DNA of 32,000 nucleotides from Mycobacterium tuberculosis H37Rv (GTDB lineage Bacteria; Actinomycetota; Actinomycetes; Mycobacteriales; Mycobacteriaceae): NCBI RefSeq assembly GCF_000195955.2, contig NC_000962.3, positions 90,001 to 122,000 of the forward strand, read 5' to 3'. Shown piece by piece: positions 8,480 to 16,733 of this stretch (position 1 is its first letter; each line of letters starts with the position of its first letter). The notes under the pieces were generated by a model. It saw only the letters and a program-made list of their open reading frames with translations, ran no database searches and was not told where the DNA came from. The position numbers and the translations under genes were made by a program.

Positions 8480-9250
8480 GTGGCCAAGAACCAAAACCGC
8501 ATCCGCAACCGGTGGGAGTTGATCACCTGTGGTCTCGGGGGACACGTCACCTACGCGCCGGACGACGCGGCACTTGCTGCGCGGCTGCGCGCCAGCACCG
8601 GGCTGGGCGAAGTATGGCGCTGCTTGCGCTGCGGCGATTTCGCGCTCGGTGGGCCGCAGGGGCGTGGTGCTCCCGAGGATGCGCCGTTGATTATGCGCGG
8701 CAAGGCGTTACGTCAGGCCATCATCATTCGCGCGCTCGGGGTCGAACGGCTAGTCCGGGCGTTGGTGTTGGCGCTGGCCGCGTGGGCGGTGTGGGAGTTT
8801 CGCGGTGCGCGGGGAGCTATCCAGGCGACCCTGGATAGGGACTTGCCGGTCCTGCGTGCGGCCGGATTCAAGGTCGATCAAATGACGGTGATCCACGCTC
8901 TGGAGAAAGCGTTGGCCGCCAAACCGTCGACGTTGGCCCTGATCACGGGCATGCTGGCGGCATACGCAGTGCTGCAGGCCGTCGAGGGGGTCGGTTTGTG
9001 GCTGCTGAAGCGCTGGGGCGAGTACTTCGCGGTGGTGGCCACCTCAATTTTCCTGCCGTTGGAGGTTCACGACCTGGCCAAGGGCATCACGACGACTCGG
9101 GTCGTGACCTTCAGCATCAATGTCGCCGCCGTTGTCTACCTGCTGATTTCTAAGCGGTTGTTCGGTGTGCGCGGCGGGCGCAAGGCTTATGACGTCGAAC
9201 GGCGCGGCGAGCAGCTGCTCGACCTCGAGCGCGCCGCGATGCTCACCTGA
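8480..9250 (+). CDS. conserved membrane protein with N-terminal zinc-ribbon-like motif and about four TM helices (DUF2127-like, Rv0090-like)
   Basis: GTG 8480 follows SD AAGGAG (8470-8475). The N-terminus reads CGLGGH...CLRCGDF. Hydrophobic helices follow (VRALVLALAAWAVW, LALITGMLAAYAVLQAV, FAVVATSIFLPLEV, VVTFSINVAAVVYLLI). Confidence 0.8.
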   Translation: MAKNQNRIRNRWELITCGLGGHVTYAPDDAALAARLRASTGLGEVWRCLRCGDFALGGPQGRGAPEDAPLIMRGKALRQAIIIRALGVERLVRALVLALAAWAVWEFRGARGAIQATLDRDLPVLRAAGFKVDQMTVIHALEKALAAKPSTLALITGMLAAYAVLQAVEGVGLWLLKRWGEYFAVVATSIFLPLEVHDLAKGITTTRVVTFSINVAAVVYLLISKRLFGVRGGRKAYDVERRGEQLLDLERAAMLT

Positions 9251-9608
9251 CCAGCCAAAATCCCACCTGTGCGGGGCCTGCGGGTTGTGTCAAAGGTCAC
9301 CAGCGCCTTTTTCGCACTGTTTACTCCGGCGCGGCGTGCCCGTAAAGCCGCCCGGGTGAACTTGGATCAGGTGGCGCAATGTCGCCGGACCGACGAAGGA
9401 CCGACGCTGTGTCAACACTGCCAACCTGGGTCAGCCAGAGCTCTACCGACCGCGGCGTGGTCGCGCCAATCACAGCGCGTGCCCGCGACGCACTGCAGGC
9501 CGTGCTGCGCGCCAGGCGCCGCGGCCAGCGCTCTGACTTGCGCCTTATGCGCAGAGGCGTGGAGCGTTGTTGAGGTCAGGCCCGCGCCGAGGGCCGCGAC
9601 TTTCTCGC

Positions 9609-9614
9609 TACAAT
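9609..9614 (+). promoter_or_regulatory. candidate -10 hexamer TACAAT about 70 nt upstream of mtn
   Basis: This is a near-consensus -10 in an otherwise GC-rich gap. No convincing -35 is present, which is usual for mycobacterial promoters. Confidence 0.3.
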
Positions 9615-9683
9615 CGCGCGCGGCGCGGGAGAGCCGCTAGCCGCCGGTGACCGGCGATTGGAGATTGAGTTGCGACCGAACGG

Positions 9684-10451
9684 ATGGCGGTGACGGTCGG
9701 CGTCATTTGTGCGATCCCGCAAGAGCTGGCGTATCTGCGCGGTGTCCTGGTCGATGCGAAACGCCAGCAGGTCGCGCAGATCCTCTTCGATAGCGGCCAA
9801 CTCGACGCGCACCGGGTCGTGTTGGCCGCCGCCGGCATGGGCAAAGTTAACACGGGCCTGACCGCAACGCTGCTTGCCGATCGATTCGGCTGCCGCACCA
9901 TCGTTTTCACGGGAGTGGCCGGCGGGCTGGATCCCGAGCTATGCATCGGTGACATCGTCATCGCCGATCGGGTCGTCCAACACGACTTCGGTCTGCTCAC
10001 CGATGAGCGGCTGCGCCCCTATCAGCCCGGACACATCCCCTTCATCGAACCGACCGAGCGGCTCGGATACCCGGTTGATCCCGCGGTCATCGATCGGGTC
10101 AAACACCGCCTCGACGGGTTCACGCTGGCGCCGCTGTCCACCGCCGCGGGAGGTGGTGGCCGGCAGCCACGCATCTACTACGGCACCATCCTGACCGGTG
10201 ACCAATACCTTCACTGCGAGCGCACCCGCAACCGGCTGCACCACGAACTCGGCGGTATGGCCGTCGAAATGGAAGGCGGTGCGGTGGCGCAAATCTGCGC
10301 GTCCTTCGATATCCCATGGCTGGTCATTCGCGCGCTCTCCGATCTCGCCGGAGCCGATTCGGGGGTGGACTTCAATCGGTTTGTCGGCGAGGTGGCGGCC
10401 AGTTCGGCCCGCGTTCTGCTGCGCTTGCTGCCGGTGTTGACGGCCTGTTGA
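9684..10451 (+). CDS. mtn: 5'-methylthioadenosine / S-adenosylhomocysteine nucleosidase (255 aa)
   Basis: PNP_UDP_1 / Pfs family motifs: [26 protein letters not shown] and IRALSDLAG. Confidence 0.9.
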
Positions 10452-10504
10452 AGACGACTATCCGCCGGTGCGTTCACCGCGTCAGGCGGCTTCGGTGAGG
10501 TGAG

Positions 10505-10528
10505 TAATTTGGTCATTAACTTGGTCAT
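10505..10528 (+). promoter_or_regulatory. AT-rich tandem 12-mer (TAATTTGGTCAT / TAACTTGGTCAT) 55 nt upstream of ctpA; candidate promoter or operator
   Basis: The two adjacent 12-mers are identical at 11 of 12 positions. Each contains a TANNNT hexamer. This is the most AT-rich spot of the intergenic region. Confidence 0.3.
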
Positions 10529-10582
10529 GCCGCCGCCGATGTTGAGCGGAGGCCACAGGTCGGCCGGAAGTGAGGAGCCACG

Positions 10583-12868
10583 ATGACGACGGCCGTGACC
10601 GGTGAACACCACGCGAGTGTGCAGCGGATACAACTCAGAATCAGCGGGATGTCGTGCTCTGCGTGCGCCCACCGTGTGGAATCGACCCTCAACAAGCTGC
10701 CGGGGGTTCGGGCAGCTGTGAACTTCGGCACCCGGGTGGCAACCATCGACACCAGCGAGGCGGTCGACGCTGCCGCGCTGTGCCAGGCGGTCCGCCGCGC
10801 GGGCTATCAGGCCGATCTGTGCACGGATGACGGTCGGAGCGCGAGTGATCCGGACGCCGACCACGCTCGACAGCTGCTGATCCGGCTAGCGATCGCCGCC
10901 GTGCTGTTTGTGCCCGTGGCCGATCTGTCGGTGATGTTTGGGGTCGTGCCTGCCACGCGCTTCACCGGCTGGCAGTGGGTGCTAAGCGCGCTGGCACTGC
11001 CGGTCGTGACCTGGGCGGCGTGGCCGTTTCACCGCGTTGCGATGCGCAACGCCCGCCACCACGCCGCCTCCATGGAGACGCTAATCTCGGTCGGTATCAC
11101 GGCCGCCACGATCTGGTCGCTGTACACCGTCTTCGGCAATCACTCGCCCATCGAGCGCAGCGGCATATGGCAGGCGCTGCTGGGAAGCGATGCTATTTAT
11201 TTCGAGGTCGCGGCGGGTGTCACGGTGTTCGTGCTGGTGGGGCGGTATTTCGAGGCGCGCGCCAAGTCGCAGGCGGGCAGTGCGCTGAGAGCCTTGGCGG
11301 CGCTGAGCGCCAAGGAAGTAGCCGTCCTGCTACCGGATGGGTCGGAGATGGTCATCCCGGCCGACGAACTCAAAGAACAGCAGCGCTTCGTGGTGCGTCC
11401 AGGGCAGATAGTTGCCGCCGACGGCCTCGCCGTCGACGGGTCCGCTGCGGTCGACATGAGCGCGATGACCGGCGAGGCCAAACCGACCCGGGTGCGTCCG
11501 GGGGGGCAGGTCATCGGCGGCACCACAGTGCTTGACGGCCGGCTGATCGTGGAGGCGGCCGCGGTGGGCGCCGACACCCAGTTCGCCGGAATGGTCCGCC
11601 TCGTTGAGCAAGCGCAGGCGCAAAAGGCCGACGCACAGCGACTAGCCGACCGGATCTCCTCGGTGTTTGTTCCCGCTGTGTTGGTTATCGCGGCACTAAC
11701 CGCAGCCGGATGGCTAATCGCCGGGGGACAACCCGACCGTGCCGTCTCGGCCGCACTCGCCGTGCTTGTCATCGCCTGCCCGTGTGCCCTGGGGCTGGCG
11801 ACTCCGACCGCGATGATGGTGGCCTCTGGTCGCGGTGCCCAGCTCGGAATATTTCTGAAGGGCTACAAATCGTTGGAGGCCACCCGCGCGGTGGACACCG
11901 TCGTCTTCGACAAGACCGGCACCCTGACGACGGGCCGGCTGCAGGTCAGTGCGGTGACCGCGGCACCGGGCTGGGAGGCCGACCAGGTGCTCGCCTTGGC
12001 CGCGACCGTGGAAGCCGCGTCCGAGCACTCGGTGGCGCTCGCGATCGCCGCGGCAACGACTCGGCGAGACGCGGTCACCGACTTTCGCGCCATACCCGGC
12101 CGCGGCGTCAGCGGCACCGTGTCCGGGCGGGCGGTACGGGTGGGCAAACCGTCATGGATCGGGTCCTCGTCGTGCCACCCCAACATGCGCGCGGCCCGGC
12201 GCCACGCCGAATCGCTGGGTGAGACGGCCGTATTCGTCGAGGTCGACGGCGAACCATGCGGGGTCATCGCGGTCGCCGACGCCGTCAAGGACTCGGCGCG
12301 AGACGCCGTGGCCGCCCTGGCCGATCGTGGTCTGCGCACCATGCTGTTGACCGGTGACAATCCCGAATCGGCGGCGGCCGTGGCTACTCGCGTCGGCATC
12401 GACGAGGTGATCGCCGACATCCTGCCGGAAGGCAAGGTCGATGTCATCGAGCAGCTACGCGACCGCGGACATGTCGTCGCCATGGTCGGTGACGGCATCA
12501 ACGACGGACCCGCACTGGCCCGTGCCGATCTAGGCATGGCCATCGGGCGCGGCACGGACGTCGCGATCGGTGCCGCCGACATCATCTTGGTCCGCGACCA
12601 CCTCGACGTTGTACCCCTTGCGCTTGACCTGGCAAGGGCCACGATGCGCACCGTCAAACTCAACATGGTCTGGGCATTCGGATACAACATCGCCGCGATT
12701 CCCGTCGCCGCTGCCGGACTGCTCAACCCCCTGGTGGCCGGTGCGGCCATGGCGTTCTCATCGTTCTTCGTGGTCTCAAACAGCTTGCGGTTGCGCAAAT
12801 TTGGGCGATACCCGCTAGGCTGCGGAACCGTCGGTGGGCCACAAATGACCGCGCCGTCGTCCGCGTGA
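10583..12868 (+). CDS. ctpA: P1B-1-type Cu(I)-transporting ATPase (761 aa)
   Basis: SD GAGGAG (10572-10577) precedes ATG 10583. There is an N-terminal HMA domain with [12 protein letters not shown] (CxxC at 10655-10666). Other motifs: TGEAKP, TM6 CPC (11777-11785), DKTGT (11909-11923), [12 protein letters not shown]7 FGYN and TM8 MAFSS. Confidence 0.95.
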
Positions 12869-13663
12869 TGCGTTGTCGGGCAACACGATATCGGGCTCAG
12901 CGGCGACCGCATCCGGTCTCGGCCGAGGACCAGAGGCGCTTCGCCACACCATGATTGCCAGGACCGCGCCGATCACCACCGGCAGATGAGTCAAAATCCG
13001 CGTGGTGCTGACCGCGCCGGACAGCGCATCCACAATCACATAGCCGGTCAGTATGGCGACGAACGCCGTCAGAACACCGGCCAGGCCGGCGGCGGCGCTC
13101 GGCCATAGCGCCGCGCCCACCATGATCACACCGAGCGCAATCGACCACGACGTGGACTCGTTGAGCAAGTGGGTGCCGGCACCCGTCGGGTGCTGATGGG
13201 TCAGGCCGACGTCTAGGCCAAACCCCTGCACGGTGCCCAGGGCGATCTGCGCGATGCCCACGCACAGCAACGCCCAACGTCGCCAGGTCATCGGTGAATG
13301 TTGCCGCCGCGGCGCCCGGCGGATCCCGAGGCGCCCAACAGGCGGGACAACCGGGCGGGACTCGGCGAGCCGACGCAGATCACCAGCCTGGCTGGCCACC
13401 TGGGTAAACCATGCGCGACAGGCGCTGCACTCGCCCAGGTGTTCATCGACTCTCGCCGAGGGCACCGGTGCGCGCTCGCCGTCGAGTCGTGCCGACAGCG
13501 CTTCGCGCGCGACCTCGCAGTCCATGCCATCAATAGTCGCGCAATGCCGACGGATTGCTCCAGCGGGCTCGGACCACATCGCCGCGGGCACACCCCTGCA
13601 GCCTTGCAAAACGGTTGATGCGTGGTGGTTAAAGCTCCCGGCCGTTGTGGCTTGTGCGAGCAC
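12815..13663 (-). CDS. membrane-anchored zinc-finger (ZAS, zf-HC2) anti-sigma factor without an adjacent sigma gene (Rv0093c-like)
   Basis: The motif [15 protein letters not shown]...HLGECSAC gives C-x25-H-x3-C-x2-C, with HxxxCxxC at 13418-13441. About four TM helices follow. The longest ORF starts at GTG 13663 (282 aa). ATG 13525 (MDCEV...) would place the zinc finger at the extreme N-terminus, as in typical ZAS proteins. The 3' end overlaps ctpA by 54 nt. Confidence 0.8.
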
Positions 13664-13699
13664 GGTGGCCCGGGTGGTGCGTGAGCGCCGTGGGGCTCG

Positions 13700-15130
13700 C
13701 GTTCAGGGGTCAATCGGGTTTGTCGTCGTCGTCTTGGTTGTGGAGGAATCGTTCGGGGTGGTGGAAGGTGTTGGTGCGGGGTTGGCCGTGGTCGAGGTGG
13801 GGTGGTGGTAGCCATTCGGTGTGGCCGTGGGTGTTGTTGTGGGTGGTCCAGCCTTTTTCGGCGAGTCGGTTGTCGGGGCCGCAGGCCAGGGTCAGCTCGG
13901 TGATGTCGGTGCGTCCGGTGCTGGTCCAGGCGGTGACGTGGTGGGCTTGGCTGTGGTAGGCCGGTGCGTCACAGCCGGGTTTGGTGCAGCCGCGGTCGTT
14001 GGCGAACAGCATGATCCGCTGGGCCGGGGAGGCTAGGCGTTTGGTGTGATACAGCGCCAGGGGTGTGCCGTGGTCGAAGATCGCCTGGGGGTACCTCCCG
14101 CTTGCGGGGGAGTAGTGGTGGGCGTGGCTGGTCATGCGGATCACATCGGCCATGGGTAGCAGGGTGCCGCCGCCGGTGAAGCCCTTGCCGGCGCCGGTTT
14201 GCAGGTCGGTCAGGGTGGTGGTGACCACGATCGAGACGGGAAGACCGTTGTGTTGGCCCAGTTTCCCGGAGGCGATCAGCGCGCGCAGCCCGGCCAGCAG
14301 CCCGTCGTGGTTGCGTTGGGCTTGGCTGCGGGTGTCGCGGTCGATGGCGGCCGCATCGGGGGTGGTGTCGATGACCGGGGTGTGGTCGTCGGGGTTGGTC
14401 GCGCCGGGGGCGGCCAGTTTGGCTAGCACGGCTTCAAAGGTGGCCCGCGCTTGGGGGGTCAGGTAGCCACTTAGCCGTGACATGCCGTCGTATTGCTGGT
14501 TGCTCAGGGTGATGCCGCGTTTGCGGGCGCGTTCGGTGTCGGTGAGGTCGCCGTCGGGGTGTAGCCAGTCCATGACCCGCTGGGCGTAGCGGGCCAGCTC
14601 GTCGGGACGATATTGAGCGGCTTTGCCGGCCAGGTCGGCTTCGGCGGCCTGGCGGGTGGACACATCCACCGCGGCGGGCAGGTGGGCGAAAAAGGGCGCG
14701 AATCACTTTGACGTGCGCCTCGCCGATCAGGCCCTGGCGTTGGGCGGTGGCGGTGGCGGTCAACTGCGGGGCCAACGGTTCGCCAGTGAGCGCCCGACGT
14801 TGCCCTAAGGCTTGGCTTCGGCGCTGCGTCGGCCGGCTTCGGGCTTGGTGATGCGCAGCCGGTTGGCCAGCGCGCAGCACAGCGTGCCGCCCAGTTCTTC
14901 CTCGCTGGCTTGGGTGTCGAGTTGGTTGATCAACGTGTGCTGGGCCGCCGGTAGCCGGCGCGCCAAGCATTCCAGACGTTCCAGAGACCGCAGCCGTTCC
15001 GGGGTGCTCAGCACCTCAAAGGACACCTCGTCCAAGCGGTCCAGGTCGGCATCCAGCGCGTCGAAGACCTCGACAAGCTCCTCCCGGCTATTCGCTAACA
15101 TGTTCGAATCATAACGTCGGGCACTGACAA
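13700..15130 (-). repeat. REP13E12-family repeat element (DUF222 + HNH endonuclease gene, here frameshifted); approximate boundaries
   Basis: Three reading frames together rebuild one 13E12-type protein. The N-terminal part is at 14805-15101. The middle part ([35 protein letters not shown]) is at about 14692-14811 in a second frame. The C-terminal DUF222/HNH part is at 13710-14690 in a third frame. The family is recognised from memory. Confidence 0.75.
13710..14669 (-). CDS. C-terminal fragment of the frameshifted REP13E12 protein (DUF222 C-terminal part + HNH nuclease motif; Rv0094c-like)
   Basis: HNH-like region: [23 protein letters not shown]...LACGPDNRL. The frame stays open upstream of the GTG at 14669 ([13 protein letters not shown]), showing continuity with the upstream fragment. 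Confidence 0.75.
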   Translation of the reverse strand: MDVSTRQAAEADLAGKAAQYRPDELARYAQRVMDWLHPDGDLTDTERARKRGITLSNQQYDGMSRLSGYLTPQARATFEAVLAKLAAPGATNPDDHTPVIDTTPDAAAIDRDTRSQAQRNHDGLLAGLRALIASGKLGQHNGLPVSIVVTTTLTDLQTGAGKGFTGGGTLLPMADVIRMTSHAHHYSPASGRYPQAIFDHGTPLALYHTKRLASPAQRIMLFANDRGCTKPGCDAPAYHSQAHHVTAWTSTGRTDITELTLACGPDNRLAEKGWTTHNNTHGHTEWLPPPHLDHGQPRTNTFHHPERFLHNQDDDDKPD

Positions 15131-15215
15131 AGAGCGCCCCGCTGATAACCGTGAAACTGAAGTGACACAAGGGATTTACCCAGATCCTACGAGTTGATAC
15201 GGGAAGGTACCGCAC
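14805..15215 (-). CDS. N-terminal fragment of the frameshifted REP13E12 protein (Rv0095c-like)
   Basis: The likely real start is ATG 15101 ([23 protein letters not shown]...). The frame ends prematurely at ...[12 protein letters not shown], and the homologous sequence continues in another frame. Confidence 0.7.
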   Translation of the reverse strand: MRYLPVSTRRIWVNPLCHFSFTVISGALFVSARRYDSNMLANSREELVEVFDALDADLDRLDEVSFEVLSTPERLRSLERLECLARRLPAAQHTLINQLDTQASEEELGGTLCCALANRLRITKPEAGRRSAEAKP

Positions 15216-15231
15216 CTTTCCTGGGCGCGAT

Positions 15232-15260
15232 GGGAACTTTCTGCCCGTTATGGCCGACTA
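15232..15260 (+). promoter_or_regulatory. candidate ECF-sigma-type promoter upstream of PPE1 (GGGAAC - 17 nt - CGAC)
   Basis: GGGAAC is at 15232-15237 and CGACTA at 15255-15260, about 65 nt upstream of ATG 15324. This is the generic ECF -35 GGAAC / -10 CG-rich architecture. It was identified by eye only. Confidence 0.3.
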
Positions 15261-15323
15261 ACACCGCGGGTGAAGCAAAGCGCTGCCTAGGCAAGGAGGT
15301 GAGTCCTGGCGGCCACGATATGG

Positions 15324-16715
15324 ATGGCTATACCACCGGAGGTGCACTCGGGCCTGTTGAGCGCCGGGTGCGGTCCGGGATCATTGCTTGTTGCCGCGCA
15401 GCAGTGGCAAGAACTTAGTGATCAGTACGCACTCGCATGCGCCGAGTTGGGCCAATTGTTGGGCGAGGTTCAGGCCAGCAGCTGGCAGGGAACCGCCGCC
15501 ACCCAGTACGTGGCTGCCCATGGCCCCTATCTGGCCTGGCTTGAGCAAACCGCGATCAACAGCGCCGTCACCGCCGCACAGCACGTAGCGGCTGCCGCTG
15601 CCTACTGCAGCGCCCTGGCCGCGATGCCCACCCCAGCAGAGCTGGCCGCCAACCACGCCATTCATGGCGTTCTGATCGCCACCAACTTCTTCGGGATCAA
15701 CACCGTTCCGATCGCGCTCAACGAAGCCGATTATGTCCGCATGTGGCTGCAAGCCGCCGACACCATGGCCGCCTACCAGGCCGTCGCCGATGCGGCCACG
15801 GTGGCCGTACCGTCCACCCAACCGGCGCCACCGATCCGCGCGCCCGGCGGCGATGCCGCAGATACCCGGCTAGACGTATTGAGTTCAATTGGTCAGCTCA
15901 TCCGGGATATCTTGGATTTCATTGCCAACCCGTACAAGTATTTTCTGGAGTTTTTCGAGCAATTCGGCTTCAGCCCGGCCGTAACGGTCGTCCTTGCCCT
16001 TGTTGCCCTGCAGCTGTACGACTTTCTTTGGTATCCCTATTACGCCTCGTACGGCCTGCTCCTGCTTCCGTTCTTCACTCCCACCTTGAGCGCGTTGACC
16101 GCCCTAAGCGCGCTGATCCATTTGCTGAACCTGCCCCCGGCTGGACTGCTTCCTATCGCCGCAGCGCTCGGTCCCGGCGACCAATGGGGCGCAAACTTGG
16201 CTGTGGCTGTCACGCCGGCCACGGCGGCCGTGCCCGGCGGAAGCCCGCCCACCAGCAACCCCGCGCCCGCCGCTCCCAGCTCGAACTCGGTTGGCAGCGC
16301 TTCGGCTGCACCCGGCATCAGCTATGCCGTGCCCGGCCTGGCGCCACCCGGGGTTAGCTCTGGCCCTAAAGCCGGCACCAAATCACCTGACACCGCCGCC
16401 GACACCCTTGCAACCGCGGGCGCAGCACGACCGGGCCTCGCCCGAGCCCACCGAAGAAAGCGCAGCGAAAGCGGCGTCGGGATACGCGGTTACCGCGACG
16501 AATTTTTGGACGCGACCGCCACGGTGGACGCCGCTACGGATGTGCCCGCTCCCGCCAACGCGGCTGGCAGTCAAGGTGCCGGCACTCTCGGCTTTGCCGG
16601 TACCGCACCGACAACCAGCGGCGCCGCGGCCGGAATGGTTCAACTGTCGTCGCACAGCACAAGCACTACAGTCCCGTTGCTGCCCACTACCTGGACAACC
16701 GACGCCGAACAATGA
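15324..16715 (+). CDS. PPE1: PPE family protein (463 aa)
   Basis: The N-terminus [31 protein letters not shown] opens a ~165-aa PPE domain (PPE motif at residues 4-6). This is followed by a hydrophobic segment (aa ~216-283) and a Pro/Ala/Ser/Gly-rich tail. Confidence 0.9.
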   Translation: MAIPPEVHSGLLSAGCGPGSLLVAAQQWQELSDQYALACAELGQLLGEVQASSWQGTAATQYVAAHGPYLAWLEQTAINSAVTAAQHVAAAAAYCSALAAMPTPAELAANHAIHGVLIATNFFGINTVPIALNEADYVRMWLQAADTMAAYQAVADAATVAVPSTQPAPPIRAPGGDAADTRLDVLSSIGQLIRDILDFIANPYKYFLEFFEQFGFSPAVTVVLALVALQLYDFLWYPYYASYGLLLLPFFTPTLSALTALSALIHLLNLPPAGLLPIAAALGPGDQWGANLAVAVTPATAAVPGGSPPTSNPAPAAPSSNSVGSASAAPGISYAVPGLAPPGVSSGPKAGTKSPDTAADTLATAGAARPGLARAHRRKRSESGVGIRGYRDEFLDATATVDAATDVPAPANAAGSQGAGTLGFAGTAPTTSGAAAGMVQLSSHSTSTTVPLLPTTWTTDAEQ

Positions 16716-16733
16716 ACAAGGAGAAAAGAACCG

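Noticed and set aside
8173..8838. 221-aa + strand ORF bridging the methyltransferase and membrane-protein genes.
   Set aside because: It overlaps two better-supported genes out of frame, has a low-complexity Arg/Gly/Cys-rich translation, and has no SD.
9269..9640. 123-aa ORF (and nested 64-aa ORF at 9379-9573) in the gap before mtn.
   Set aside because: The composition is Arg/Ala/Cys-rich and unlike real mycobacterial proteins, with no SD and no motif. It is kept only as part of the 'unexplained gap' finding.
10505..10528. Minus-strand reading of the tandem 12-mer gives MTKLMTKL..., which could suggest a repeat-encoded leader peptide.
   Set aside because: It is part of a 217-aa antisense shadow ORF spanning mtn and ctpA, and there is no SD. 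The repeat is more simply a DNA-level signal.
14085..14115. Small GC-rich near-palindrome (CTCCCGC-TT-GCGGGGGAG) inside the REP13E12 C-terminal fragment, coding for the residues SPASGRYPQ. These might be an insertion relative to paralogues.
   Set aside because: I cannot verify the paralogue sequences from memory, so the insertion claim is unsupported without an alignment.
13645..14466. Several + strand ORFs (13645-13959, 13821-14036, 14134-14466, 14199-14426) within the REP13E12 region.
   Set aside because: They are Gly/Val/Trp-rich antisense translations of the HNH/DUF222 gene, with no independent support.
15194..15418. 74-aa ORF overlapping the PPE1 start. It includes a GTG at 15299 that overlaps the 3' end of the AAGGAGG element.
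   Set aside because: The SD-to-start spacing would be zero, the frame overlaps the well-supported PPE N-terminus, and the peptide has no features.
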